From Octopus sinensis (lineage: Eukaryota), in NCBI RefSeq assembly GCF_006345805.1, contig NC_043003.1, positions 87,916,001-87,980,000 of the forward strand: a stretch of DNA of 64,000 nt. The letters are read 5' to 3'. Below, one piece after another: positions 13,655 through 26,952 of the stretch (its first letter is position 1; every line of letters begins with the position of its first letter). The translations under genes were made by a program, and so were the position numbers. The notes under the pieces were generated by a model. That model worked only from the letters and a program-made list of their open reading frames with translations. It was not told the origin of the DNA and did not search any database.

Positions 13655-13745
13655 ACTTTCTTGGAGTTATATGACGGGCGTCTTTCAGTTTCCATCTATG
13701 AAACCCTCTCACGAGGCTTTGGTTGGCCTGAGGTTATAGTAGTAG
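13655..13745 (-). mobile_element. SINE core fragment
   Basis: reverse complement resembles the core of the SINE at 22845 (ccaaccaaagcctcgtgagagg...gatggaaactgaaag). Confidence 0.55.
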
Positions 13746-14112
13746 AACCTCTTTAAACTATATAGTTGAATTTCATGTAGCCACCTGTTGGCAACTTTTC
13801 TCTTCCACCCATTTTGTAGTGGGCATTACCCCTTTTCTGGGCTCTTTTCAGTTATACACTGTTCAAAATTTGCATTAGTTTTTTATGAAAAAAGAAGTGA
13901 GGGGGGAGCCTTGTTTGTAGCTTGTAGAGAAAACATTAAACATGCCTGGGAAAAAAAAAAAAACATGATCTTTCCCCCTAACTAAAAGACATGAAGAACT
14001 ATGAAAGAGGGCAAATTAGTAACGGGTGGGGGGGGGGAGAACTAACAGTCGATCATTCTAGATCTGGGATGAAAACGTAAACACCTGAATGACTTTCCCT
14101 CTATTCATCATA

Positions 14113-14660
14113 TCTATAAAAGGGATGATGTGTGTGTGTACGTGATTGTAATTTATGCACGTCCACAAATTAGCATGCATGTCGCTCAAATTTTAGGAGG
14201 ACATTTTTCAACACCCTATCTGGGTTTTGTGAACTTATTTTTTTCCCCGAGGCACCCGTGTGTAGCGTAAATATCTATTTTCAGACATAGCTTTTAGCCA
14301 CGAAAAATATCAGCCATGGCTTTTTTAACGTCGTCTAAAAAAAAAAAAGATAAAGAAAAGTGGAAGAAGGAGGCAGAGAGTTTCATGGGAAAGACAAATT
14401 GAGAGAGGGAGAGAGAGAGAGAGAGAAAGTTATGACGTTCATAAAAAATAAAATGTAAAATGTTTTTTGAAAGACACTATATTTTATAATCATAGTATAT
14501 ATACTTTAGTGAAAATCGTGCGAGTGTTAATCTACAAATTTAACAACATTTTTTCCATTCATTTCTGTTCATGAACTTGTATACGTGCACAAAACATGCA
14601 ATAGGTGTACGTACGTATATGTGTGTATGTGTGTTCGTGTCTGTTACCCATATATATATA

Positions 14661-14705
<45 letters not shown>

Positions 14706-15808
14706 ATTTTTATTTCATATCTAATAATTTACAGAATCTAATTTTATTTAGAATATGTAAATTATTTAATATAACAAACATTTATTGTAAATAATAGTCA
14801 TAAAAATTAAGATTGTCTACTGATATTACAGTTTGTACTCTTTTTACATTATTATAAGTTTCAAAAAAGGTTTGTATTTCTTTTGAAAAGTGAAAAAGTG
14901 CCACACCCTAGCGGTTGAGGGAACCTGTGGAAGAGGCAGACCCAGGAAAACCTGGGACGAGGTGGTGAAGCACGACCTTCGAACTTTAGGTCTCACTGAG
15001 GAAATGACTAGAGACCGAGACCTCTGGAAGTGTGCTGTGCGCGAGAAGACCCGGCAGGACAAGTGAGTCCATAACCCGTGGCCTTCTACATGGGATGGAG
15101 CCAGCCTACGTATGCATACCTTCCCTTCTTGGGACACAAAACTCTACTTTTGAAGACCTGTTGAGGCAAGTGAGGATCAGAATCGAAATCGATCAATGGA
15201 AATTGCAGATGTGTTACCAGTGCCGGTGGCATGTCGAAACTCTACTTGTGAAGACCCGTTGAGGCAAGTGAGGATCAGAATGGAAATCGATCAATGGAAA
15301 TTGCAGATGTGTTACCAGTGCTGGTGGCATGTAAGAGAACCTTCCATTTCGCGACCGTTGCCAGCACCGCCCCGTTTCGTGTCCGTTGCCCGCCTCGCCT
15401 GGCCTCTGTGCCGGTGGCACATAAAAAGCACCATCCGTTCGTGGCCGTTTGCCAGCTCTGTCTGGCACCTGTGCGGGTGGCACGTAAAAAGCACCCACTA
15501 CACTCACGGAGTGGTTGGCGTTAGGAAGGGCATCCAGCCGTAGAAACACTGCCAGATTTGACTGGGCCTGATGAAGCCTTCTGGCTTCACAGACCCCAGT
15601 AGAACCGTCCAACCCATGCTAGCATGGAAAGCGGACGCTAAACGATGATGATGATGATGATGATGATATATATATATATAATATAACTAATTTCAACGGA
15701 TTTCGCCCAAATTTGACGTCTATATTACTTAGTTTGGTTTGAAATAAAGAACTTGATTAACTTAATAATCGTAACTTAATCCCTGGCAAGGCCGGGTTAT
15801 ACTGCTAG
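14113..15808 (+). mobile_element. non-autonomous Helitron interrupted by an RTE insertion
   Basis: A|TCTATAAAAG start at 14113; subterminal hairpin ccctggcaaggccggg, then CTAG|T at 15805-15809. Pairing of the two ends is inferred. Confidence 0.5.
14890..15667 (+). mobile_element. RTE LINE 3' fragment, same young subfamily as 4065-6120, opposite orientation
   Basis: 83 antisense-translated codons identical to 4606-4854; shares the ~100-bp 3' UTR duplication; (GAT)n tail into (TA)n. Confidence 0.93.
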
Positions 15809-15957
15809 TTATTACTAAATGTCTTTCCCACTTCATTGTTAAAAGTAAAGGTACTAGAAAAGATCAATTGTATTTCAGTCTAATTGTCATTGTAAATGAC
15901 TGATGCATTCCTTTCTCTGTCTCTATCATTTCACTCCTTTTCTCTACAGTTAAGAGA

Positions 15958-16285
15958 GTGAAGGTGTGTGGTTCAGTGGTTAGGGGTGTTTGGCCCACAA
16001 TCATAAAGTCATTAGTACGATTCCTTGTGGCTTGCTGTGTTCTTGAGCAAGATACTGTGCGTGTGCCACCTTACTGCAGTCCACTCCGCTGGCAAAAATG
16101 AGTTGTAGCTGTAATTCAAAGGGCCAGCCTTGTCACATTCTGTATGAGGCTGAATCTCCCCCTGAGAACTGTGTTATGTCTGTGGTGTACTCAGCCACTT
16201 GCGTATTAATTTTACTAGTAGACTGTTCCGTTGATCAGATAAACAGGATCCTCATCGTTGTAAGCGACAGTGCCATTTTTAAAAA
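15958..16285 (+). mobile_element. tRNA-derived SINE, family B (partial second copy at 16585-16705)
   Basis: A-box-like tggttcagtggttagg; body gtccactc.gctggc.aaaatgagttgtagctgtaatt repeated at 16590. Confidence 0.65.
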
Positions 16286-17152
16286 AGAGTGAAAGAAAAC
16301 GAAATGTTCTATATCATGATGCAAAAATATCATGTGTTTAGTATAAACAGTGAAAGCTAAGACGAAATAATTGCTATTCTGTCATGTAGTGACTTCGCCC
16401 TCAACTCATGCTTAATTTGATAACAACAGTCTGTGCATTGGTGTTTACCTGGGGGCTTGACCTCCAGATCTGTGAGACACAAATGCTTCTGTTAAGATCA
16501 GATTAATACCCATATTGACCCTAAAGATTTTCCTGCCCCTATATAGGATGTTTTTGTTTTCTTCCAACCACTGGAAGGTTTATCTTACTCCAGTCCACTC
16601 AGCTGGCCAAAATGAGTTGTAGCTGTAATTGAAAGGGACCAGCCTTGTCATATTCTGTGGTATGCATGTCTGTGGAGTACTCAGCCACTTGCAAGTTAAT
16701 TTTATCTTTGTGTGGTAATGAAAAGTGAAAGTGGCATCCAATATTTGCTCTAGTTATTTGTCTTTTATTTAACAATGTGTCTATGTATCATCTTTTCTTT
16801 CGGTATATGTGTCTCTCTCACTTCTGTGTCCTTCCTCTCTCCTGCTTTTAATTAAACAATATATGTATGTATCTACTTTTCTTTCGATGCATGCGTCATT
16901 CTACTCTGAAACATTTTACCTCCCCCTTCAACTGAAGAAAAGTAACAGTAACATCCACAGCTATCTGCTGACAGAGAGAGAGAAGCACACAGAATAACTT
17001 TCTGATCGATAGGCAACATTCTCTTTCGCTATTCTTCTCTATCCACTCCCTTCACTCAATCTATCTCTCTAAATCCCTCTCTTTCTCCCTCCCTCCTCTG
17101 TCTCTTTGCTTCTAACTTTATAGAACTTCCTTGTGTAGAGGAAGAACATATA

Positions 17153-18174
17153 TATATATATATAAAACTGTAGTTGTGTGAGTGTCTGTCCTCTTCGATT
17201 TAGATTCCTAACTCCTCCCACATTTTGCGGTGCAGTTTAACCAAATTCGGGTATCTTATAGTCGTGATTAATATCGAGCCTGTCTGGCTATTAGCGCGCG
17301 TCTACGATGAGTCTACGATTTAAAAATAATTTAACATCATTTTTTATTCCATTTTAATGCATAATTTTTCGTGTGTCGATGGCGGCGGAGTTGGCGTCCA
17401 CGCTCAAACACCTGCACCTGTGTTTGCTTCTTCCCCTTCTTCCCTCCCTCGTGAAGCTGTGGGGAAGGGAGTGTAAGGAAATCAACGTCGTGAAGCGTTG
17501 TCAAGGAGACCAGCGTTCTTTTAGAACAACGACTTCATGGGTTGAAGACACCAAAACAGAAATGGCTAAGAAAGCCCGAATTGGCATCTATAAGGGAAGT
17601 AACTCTCTAAAAATGCTTATATAGTTATTTCCCTTACAAACCCGAGCAACACCGGGCGATACTACTAGTATATCTATATATATAAAACTGTAGTTGTGTG
17701 AGTGTCTGTCCCCTTCGATTTAGATTCCTAACTACTCCCACATTTTGCGGTGCAGTTTAACCAAATTCGGGTATCTTATAGTCGTGATTCATATCAAGCC
17801 CGTCTGAGTATTAGCGCACGTCTACGATGAGTCTACGATTTTAAAAATAATTTAACATCATTTTTTATTCCATTTTAATGCATAATTTTTCATGTGTCGA
17901 TGGCGGCGGAGTTGGCGTCCATGGTCACACCTGCACCTGTTTGCTTCTCCCCCTTCTTCCCTCCCTCGTGAAGCTGTGGCGAAGGGAGTGTAAGGAAATC
18001 AACGTCGTAAAGTGTTGTCAAGGAGACCAGCGTTCTTTTAGAACAACGACTTCATGGCTTGAAGACACCAAAACAGAAATGGCTAAGAAAGCCCGAATTG
18101 GCATCTATAAGGGAAGGAACTCTCTAAAAATGCTTATATAGTCATTTCCCTTACAAACCCGAGCAACCTGCTAG
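17153..18174 (+). mobile_element. two head-to-tail non-autonomous Helitron copies (period about 520 bp)
   Basis: TCTATATATATAAAACTG start (17673); 3' hairpin cccg-agcaacac-cggg, then CTAG at 17665-17668 and 18171-18174. Confidence 0.85.
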
Positions 18175-18205
<31 letters not shown>

Positions 18206-20997
18206 TTAGTTAACGAAGAACAAGGAAAAACAGCGCAGCTTGTCTTCCAACAGTTATTAAAACGTGTTTATCAGCCATAACGCGGCAGATGCCTGTACTT
18301 TTCTCTGAGGCAGTTCCTTTACCCTTGTCGCAGCTGACTATAATGCTGCTACACCAATCATTAGGTATGATACCTTCCTGTACTACCTGATTAAAATATA
18401 CAGGTGGTTAGGCCATATCCCTCTGCCAGATACTTCAAGCATCTCTGCAGTAATTCTTGATAGATTAGGGGCTCTCCATGTCTTCGTATCTTTATCTGCT
18501 TTGTTTTTCATACTGCTGTATGATGTGTGTGTTGATGTACACTAAGCCACTAGATGTAATAGCTTCATGAACATAGCTCATCATCAGCTTTACAGGGTGG
18601 AAGTTATGAATCACCATGCTAAGTACATTACAATATTTAGCTGTGTTCCTCTAATTTCTGACTTAGTTTGAGGATAGACCCATGATTAAAAGTGTTGTAG
18701 CTGAGACCAGCCATTCTGTCTTATTCAGTCGTATCAGTCTAGGACAACATGCATGTCCTACTTCTTTAAGCTGATTGAATGTTGTATGATAAATTTGCTT
18801 GCTATATTCTAGTAGGTCAAGCAATCATGTTGAGGTCCTTTTGTGTCTCTTTGGTGTTATCTTGGGCTTCAATAAATCAAACATCAGCACTATCAACTCC
18901 CCACCTCTCTCTTGACAAATAGTAGTGATGATGTGAGTTGCTTTGATTTAGATGTTTGTGATGGCAGGTGGGTATTGTTGATGTAGTAGTTATGTTGTTC
19001 TGTGTCTGGGGTAGAAACGTTTTCTAAAGTGAATTGGGTGAAAGTATGTTAGGAGTAAAGGTGAGGTTTACAAAGATGCCTTCTAACAAATGTACAACAC
19101 AATATTCATTGAAAATCTTAATGTCTCAGAAGCTCAATAATATGAGAAGGGGTAAGATTTTTAATTATCATATTGCTTCTAGGGTTTGGAAGTTTGATTG
19201 TGAAGAACCCCTTGCATATTAAATATTAATGTACAGAAGGACAGTCATGAATATCAGTACCACAATTTTATTATTATGGTTGTGACAGCATCTTCCGGAC
19301 GTCCAACAACAGTCATGCTATTTAGGCATGTGCTTTGACATTCTGAGTCACTAAGCTGAAATAAAATTATTAAAACTAGTAAAAAGTTAGAAACATCATG
19401 AAACTGGAAAGCAAAATGAATTAAAAGCTATTTGCTTGCCTGATATGTAGTTCTCATCTCATGAACTTTTTTAACTGTTCACTTGTCCAACTTTCCCAAC
19501 CAAGAGAGCAACATACTGATTTCATTCAAATGAATGCTAACTTAGAAGAATACCAATGCATTGCAGTTTTGATATTAAAAAAAAGTTAATGGTCATTACA
19601 CTGATATGATAAGTGAAAGCATTGCATTTTCTGTGGTTCCAAGCACAGTTACAGTTTGTTGTAGTGTTTCTAATAGCCAGTTATATTAATATTTATGATC
19701 TTATGATTTCAGAGTAAAATGGAGGGTTACAGTTGCTTAATAGTAAAGATTGTTTGATGAATTACTGAAACCCAACTTCCCTCAAAATTACTTATTTCAA
19801 TGAATTCATGTGTTCTGTTAAGATTTCAAACCTTACTGTAAGATGTGATGCTTACCAGCTGTTCTAATAGCTGCCTAAACTTAAAATTTTTTAAAACATA
19901 CCTCCAAAACATGGATTCTTGCAATATTCAGTTGGAGTTTTTCTACATTGGCTGAATTAAAAGAATTGATGCTTAGTGTCTGAGAGAATTGAGATAGTGG
20001 GGATTCAAGAAAAATAATTTCCAAGGTATGGTATCAAATCTATTTGGAATGATGGACCCTTAAAAATAATAAAAATTCAATATTTTGAAAATTAAGAAAT
20101 TGCCGAATAGCTATTCCAGTTATTTCAATCCCTATTTTTTATCCACAATTTTAACAAATAGTCATCTTCATTGTTCATGACTTCTTGCCAATATACTAGC
20201 TTGTCAATGCAGAAATCACCAGTTACCCAGAAATTTTCAGTTCCACTTTGGGGTTGGATGAACACCTCAGAGAATGGGTGAAAATGCGACATGAGAACAA
20301 GCATTGTTGTATTGTAGAAACCTGCTGTGTCACTAATCAAATCATTTCAGCTGGATTGCCTCATTGAGCTGGTGCATTTATTGAATTCAAGGTTGCAATC
20401 AAAGGACTGAAACAAGTGAAAGAGAAAGAGTATGATTGTCATTCACTGCCCTACTCACTGTATCACTGCTTTCCTGCACTGTATCCATCTTTATACTCAG
20501 GTTTTCGCCAGTCACTGCAATCCCCAGTCCCTATTCACACCTTCTTGGTGATACCTGGCTGCATATATTATGACATCCATAGCTTGAGGGCATGCCCTGG
20601 TAATTGCCATTTATCTCTCTCTTCTTAACCATCACATCTATGCACTGATCCTTGTTACTTCACCACCATCTCTCTCCTTTCTCTTGCACTTTTGCTGTTT
20701 CTCACTCTCTCTCTCTTTTCCTTACTCTTCCCTTTGGTTGGGTAGCCATGTATCTCCTCTGCAGCAGCACACCAGTTTCTGCCCTCATTCTTGATCACTC
20801 TCTCCTTCTCTTGCTTTTCCCTCTGGCTAGGTAACCTAGCATCTCCTTTACATCAGCACACCTATTCTCTCTTTCTTGTACCTCTCTCTGTCTTCAGTCT
20901 CTCTCTCTGGCCAGGTAACTATGTACTTTCTCTATGGCAAGACACCTGTTTCTGCCAACCTGTCTCTCTGTCACGCTCTAACCTTGCATCATCTGAC

Positions 20998-21649
20998 ACA
21001 AGATCCCCTTAAGTTTGTAGACATATTATCCATGCAACATACTGCTGAAATGTCAGAAATTGAGAAGCGCAGAAATATTGTCAGGAAGCCAAATTGTGTC
21101 CTCAGTTACAATGAAGGCATGGGTAGGGTAGATTTTCCGATCAAATGGCCACATCTCACTCTTGTGGTCAAAAAACCATTAAATGATATAAGAAAGTGTT
21201 TCTCTTTCTGCTCAACCTTTGGTTAATGCCTTCCTTGCAGTGAAGGTTATAGGGATTCAAATGATTTCTTCATTTTCGACCAGCATTGATCAAGGGGGTG
21301 TGTAACAACCACCCTCCCGAAGAGTATATGCTACAAGGTAGGCCATTGGTTCTACCTGGTCCAGCAAGGTTGACAGACATTTCCTCATCATTATTCCCTC
21401 ATCAGGGAGACCACACCTGTACAGAAGATGTGTTCTTTTGATGAAGCAGGGTGTGTGGAAAGAAACAAACTTTAAATGTGAGCAATGCAATGTCTCACTC
21501 TGTATGGCACCGTGTTTTCAAATATACCACTCTGAGAAGAATGTGTAGATATACTGTAAAATTCCTTGTTTGAAAAATTATGTAGTTACTGAACAGTCTA
21601 ATAACAGTACGCAGCACAGACTGTCAATACTAAATCTGTGTGCAAGGGG
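20998..21649 (+). mobile_element. piggyBac transposase 3' remnant with right terminus
   Basis: KPNCVLSYNEGMGRVD, DQ..KTIKWYKKVF, Cys-rich RRCVL..KETNFKCEQCNVSLCMAPCFQIYH; ends GGG|TTAA (21650-21653). Confidence 0.85.
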
Positions 21650-22189
21650 TTAAAGGAACATTCTGGCTTCAGAAACAAAGAAGGTTAGTGCCTCTGACCT
21701 TTGCATGGTGTTACAGACTTATGCTGGCGAGAAAATAGGGAAAGAAGGCACAACTTATGGTTTACTGCTGTAGATAATAATTAAATATAAGACTCTCTAC
21801 ATATTTTTTTCCTTTGTCCTATAACCAAACTGTATCAGAAGACTTTTTATTACCAAACCTTGTTATTTCCCCCTCTCATACATTGCATCATTCTTCAGTA
21901 ATAATTTTCAACATAACCAAATAACTTAAGTTTCAGCACATCATGCCATTATAATCATTTACCTTACAGTTGCTAAAACAGAAGTAAATTGATGAATTAA
22001 AACCCAGCAGTATGTTTTAGACTGTTAAACAAGGGCTGAGAACTTTCATTTTTCCAGGGACATTCAAATATTTTATACATTTTCATTGGAATGGAGATGT
22101 TGGTTTCATTAATTAGGTGTCCTGCGTCACAAAAATTAATTTTTGTCCATTGTATAACAAAAGGCATTTCTTTTTCTTATATGTTACAG

Positions 22190-22231
22190 CTCCTCCTATA
22201 ACTGAGAAGATGGCTAATGTTGTGATTACAG
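22190..22231 (+). CDS. RRM protein exon C (42-nt symmetric linker exon)
   Basis: tttttcttatatgttacag| acceptor and acag|gtaata donor; phase 1 to 1; APPITEKMANVVIT. Confidence 0.7.
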
Positions 22232-22344
22232 GTAATATTATTTGTCATACTTCTTTCTTCAGTCCAGTGATATGACATCATGGTTACATACCCTCACAAA
22301 CATACATATATATTTATATGATACGTTTGTTTTTCTACAGGTAG

Positions 22345-22699
22345 TAAGGTAGATAAGCACAGTTGGCTTGAGACATTTACATGGAGCAGAAAGTACATAT
22401 AAAATAAAGAAAAAATGTATATACAAACTTGTGTTGTAACCATTTTCATAGGTCATGTGTGTATGATGTCATAAATATTTACCACTCTGCTCGTGAAAAG
22501 AGAGGCCAGACTTAAATAATTTTATCTGGGCTTGTTGCTGGTTGCACACCTATGACATTATGCACATGCCACTTATGAATATGGGTTATTATGTAAGAAG
22601 ATAAGTCGTAATTTATTTTCTATAGATATATTTTTTCTTTATTTCATAATGTGTATTTCGTGCTCCATGTCTCAAGCCTAACTATGCTTATCTATCTTA
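22345..22699. mobile_element. MITE with ~75-bp imperfect terminal inverted repeats, TA ends
   Basis: 22345-22422 (taaggtagataagcacagttggcttgagaca..) is the reverse complement of 22621-22699. Confidence 0.65.
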
Positions 22700-22844
22700 G
22701 AACAGCTCGATTTGGAATGCTCTTATAGCCATTTTTGATACCTTATGAAGTTGGAATCTAAATTCACATTGAAATGGTGCTCTGTGTTATCTACACTGAG
22801 ATTATTTTACTCCTACTCACTCACTCTATATGCATATTTGTACA

Positions 22845-23249
22845 GGAGTGGCTGTGTGGTAAGTAGCTTGCTAACCAACCACGTGGTTCCGGGTTCAGTC
22901 CCACTGTGTGGCATCTTGGGCAAGTGTCTTCTGCTATAGCCCCAGGCCGACCAATGCCTTGTGAGTGGATTTGGTAGACGGAAGCTGAAAGAAGTCTGTC
23001 GTATATATGTATATATATATATGTATGTGTTTGTGTATCTGTGTTTGTCCCCCTAGCATTGCTTGACAACCGATGCTGGTGTGTTTACGTCCCCGTCACT
23101 TAGCGGTTCGGCAAAAGAGACCGGTAGAATAAGTACTGGGCTTACAAAGAATAAGTCCTGGGGTTGGTTTTGCTCGACTAAAGGCGGTGCTCCAGCATGG
23201 CCGCAGTCAAATGACTGAAACAAGTAAAAGAGTAAAGAGTAAAAAGAGT
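22845..23249 (+). mobile_element. tRNA-derived SINE, family A, full length (other copies 45803-45950, 47557-47915)
   Basis: A box TGGCTGTGTGG, B-box-like GGTTCAGTCC (22892), core, internal (TA)n, tail gcggtgctccagcatggccgcag...(gtaaaaga)n. Confidence 0.85.
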
Positions 23250-23297
23250 ATATGGTCTGTGTATATACCTGTATATTTGTACATATATATGTCTATA

Positions 23298-24498
23298 TAT
23301 AAGATTGAGCCAAACATTTTACTATATTTTGCTAACTTATTTGCTTTATTTGACAAGGTATAAAAAAACAGCATTCAAAGTAGAGGTCACCATGCTTTAT
23401 CATCTGAAGCTAGCTTTCTGCCAGTTCTTTGATACCTGTTCTTATCCTTCGAGGCAAAGAACCCCTTCACTGGAGCCCCCACCTGAAACATCGCGAGTGC
23501 AGGAATTGAGCCATGGACCAGAACAAGTAACACTCCAAGGGAAGTGGGTGTGGCATCAGTTCAGCTCCTTCAAGTTCCTGGAGTTTATTCCCGGTTGCTC
23601 GAGCAGTATAAGGTCTTGCGTTATCTTGTTGCAGAAGTCACTTTCTGTTAACAAATGTCAGGTATTTTTGCCTCTCAATGACATATCTTCTTCGTTTGTT
23701 CAGAGTACGGGTTGGCATCGATGGTTTGACCATCAGAATGAATTCGTAGGTGAATTATTCTGTCATAATTTCACCATATGCAGAACAACACATTGTGTTC
23801 AAAACACCCATGTTTGGCAACAAATTCTGGAGGCTGACCCTTGCTTAACCACTACTCATGTACATTAGGGTTGAGGGTAAATCTCCACTTTTCATCAAAT
23901 GTTATCCTTTTAAAGAAACATAGATCACATGTGTTTTCTAGGATTTCTTTGCAAACATCCACTCACCTCTAGTTGAGCTGGGAATATTTTATGAGGTCCG
24001 ATTTGGCAGCTCGGGATGCTTTTATCAAGGCAATGAAGGTAACGAACCACACCGGATTGTGAGATGTTGAGCTCACCCGATACTGTGTGCTACTTGCCTG
24101 ATTTGCCTCTGGTTTCAAGCATGGCCTTGGAATACATGGTTTTAGGCCTACTTGACCTCGCTTGATTATCAAGGTTGTTGAAACCCAAACAAAATATTTT
24201 GAACCATCTGTTTATCGTACTATGATCAACTACACATTCATCTTTTGCACAACAAAAGTTTTTGGTTGCTTCTGTGATGTTTACAGCCCAAACTCATAAA
24301 GCATAAGAATTTGAATTAGACTACATTGCACGTTCATCTGCTTTACTTTCAAATCATATACATAGCACATGAACTGCTACGACACTACTAAACCTCAGTG
24401 GCTACCTTCCACAGCTCGAACTGCTTCAGTCAGGTGATAATATGTGCCACAATCTAACATGTTCGTAGATATTGCAAAATTTTTGAGTTGCCTCTGTA
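23298..24498 (-). mobile_element. mariner transposase remnants (possibly two elements)
   Basis: N-terminal HTH ..STINRWFK..ARSSRPK (24300-24000) and LQQDNARPYTARAT..ELMPHP..YLFWSM (23640-23480); the two end motifs differ. Confidence 0.75.
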
Positions 24499-24889
24499 TA
24501 TGTATATATCTGTGTATTTGTACACACACTTTGTTTACTTGCTAATGACAGACCATCAAATGTACTTAAAAATGCAAAATATAACAAAAATTGTTTTAGT
24601 TTCCAATTGTTTCTGATTTCCTAATTTTTTCTACACTTTGAATTTTTAGCATTAGATAAGTTATACATACACATCAAAACCGGTAATAATTTATAAATGT
24701 CACATAGTGTAACAAATATAATATAAAAGTACTTATCCTGTCCCATTAAAGGAAAAAAAGAGTCCTAAAACCTACTTCTGTGCAGTTTTCTCTTTTACTT
24801 TTTACCTACAGATTTTGATTTGTATGGATTCTTAACTCCTTTTCAGCTATATATACATGTGTGTGTATATATATATATATATATGACCC

Positions 24890-26501
24890 TGTTCAATATG
24901 AAGGAAAGGAGTGGACGTAATTCCATTTGCTGCATCAAGTGTAAGTCATGGATGCATAAGAGATGCAGTGGAATTGTGGATAGGTTATCAGACGGGGTTG
25001 CTTTTGTGTGTGGCAGATGCACATGAACAATAAGTACTTAGAGCATGAGAGATTTAAACTTACTCAAATCCCCAGGAGGTTCTCTTGAGGTGGTAAATAG
25101 TTTCTGCTATTTAAGTGACCAAATTAGTAACAATGGTGGATGCTCTGAAAGTATTGTTTCTAGAATAAGAATAGGATGGAGGAAGTTCAGAGAACGACTC
25201 TCTCTGTTGGCAACAAAAGTACTCTTTCTGAAAGTGAAAAGTAGACTGTATGATACTTGTGTGAGAACAGCTATGTTACATGGTAGTGAGACATGGGCTC
25301 AGACTGCAGAAAACATATGTAGTCTGGAGAGGAATAAAGGTAGTATGCTCTGTTGGATTTGCAACATCAGTGTGTATGACTGGCAAATCACAACTATTGA
25401 AAGAAAAGTTAGGCATAAGTGGGATTAAGTGTGGCATGCAGGAGAGGAAATGCATATGAGTGAAGACAGCTGTAAAAAGAAGTGCTTATCACTGAAAGTG
25501 GATGGCACCTGTAGAATAGGGAGTCCTAGGAAGACATGGGATGAAGTGGTGAGGACCAACTGTAGCAGGTTGGGGCTCATGGAGGAAATGACAATGGACT
25601 GAGAAGTTTAACAATATGACGTTCTAGAGAAGACGCATCTGCAAAACTGAGTACTAGGAGGGTTGTGTCCTTCCATATTTAACACTACACTTTTTATCCA
25701 CTCTATCCTATGAAACCGAATTACAACTCCTCTTCTAAACTGCATCTTTCTCTTCCTCACATTTCCTCTTCATAAAATGCAATTGTTTTCCAATCCCCTT
25801 TCTTGCCCTCAGCTGTATCCCTGCTCCCCCCACCCCAATACCCACACCATATTTTTCTGCTCAGATCCGTGTTACTTGAGAGTATACCCTAACACTACAC
25901 CATCACTCTTCTGCTCTATCTTATACTTTTGCTGTTTCCTACTCTCTCTCTGTCTCTCTCTTTCCCTTGGTCACTCTCTCCTGTTGTTTTTTCTTTGACT
26001 AGGTAACCAAGTTTCTCTTTTACATCAGCACACTTGTTTCTTGTACCTTTCTTTCACTATCTATCTCTTAACTCTCTCTCTCTCACTGGGTAACCAAGTA
26101 CCTCCTCAATAGCAAGACACCTATTTCTGCCTCTCTATTTCTCTGTTACACTCTAGCCTTTCAACTGATACTGGATCACCTACTCTAATGTCCTCCTCTT
26201 TTGTAGCAAGACACCTGCTTCTGTCTCTTTGTCATTAATATTTCATCCTCTGATGTACCTCATATACCCTTACCCCTCTCATAGTTCCTTGTCTTGTGAG
26301 TTACTTAGTTACCCTACCAATGCTGGTGCCATGTGAAAAGCATCCAGTCCACACTGTAATATGGTTGGCATTTGGAAGGGCATCCAGCTGTAAAAGTCCT
26401 GCCAAAACAGAGTTAGTAGCCTAGAGTAGGTTTTCTACCTGGCCTGCTCCTGTCAACCATCCTACCCTTGTATGGAAGATGGATGTTAAATGATGATGAT
26501 G
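24890..26501 (+). mobile_element. old RTE subfamily 3' fragment with CT-rich 3' UTR
   Basis: PHD remnant, YLSD..RIRIGWRKFRE, TAMLHGSETW, KTWDEVV, then ggaagggcatccagc and (GAT)n tail; related UTR pieces at 20416-20995. Confidence 0.8.
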
Positions 26502-26952
26502 GTACACATTCACACGCAAATGTATATATAGCTGAAAAGAAGTTAAGAATCCATACAAATCAGTTGTAGGTGGTGAGAGGTCCAACCTACAGTGAAAGTC
26601 CTGATTCATACAAATCTCTCAATTTCCTGAGGTTAACCTCCTGGTCTCCCACTAACACTATTGGAGCAGACCTGAGTGTGTGCTTGATCCAGGTTGGGGC
26701 AACTCCAACCAACATTCCTCTAAGGTTCATGATGTGCCAGGGGAGATGGATGCTGAACTATTTTGGAGAATGGAATTTATTGCAAACTTCATTCTGATAT
26801 GTATTGTGATTTACAGTGATGGTAGCTATTAATGGTTGCTTAGAGCATTACATGGTAACATGTTTGTGTTGACCTGTGCTAGATATTGCTAAGAATTTCT
26901 ATTAATTTTTTTATTTTTCAATTATTTCATCCAATCTTACTTTCTGTTTCAG

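Noticed and set aside
15565-15595. CTGATGA-agcc-ttct-ggct as a hammerhead in the RTE tail
   Set aside because: No GAAA after the stem, and other copies read cctggtgcagcc or cctgatgcagcc, so the core is not conserved.
20125-20340. 71-aa minus ORF faintly resembling a transposase segment
   Set aside because: No diagnostic motif I can defend.
21380-21415. minus-strand CTGATGA...GAAAT
   Set aside because: No stem II pairing; it lies in the coding strand remnant of the piggyBac C-terminus.
22326-22350. recursive-splice-like site ttttctacag|gtagta
   Set aside because: Poor donor consensus, only about 110 nt from the real donor, and it abuts a MITE end.
22845-22920. tRNA gene
   Set aside because: A and B boxes are present but there is no cloverleaf; it is a SINE head.
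23305-23868. 187-aa plus-strand ORF
   Set aside because: Antisense shadow of the mariner transposase remnant.
24812-24865. alternative exon after the strong acceptor at 24811
   Set aside because: No convincing phase-1 donor before the (TG/TA)n tract.
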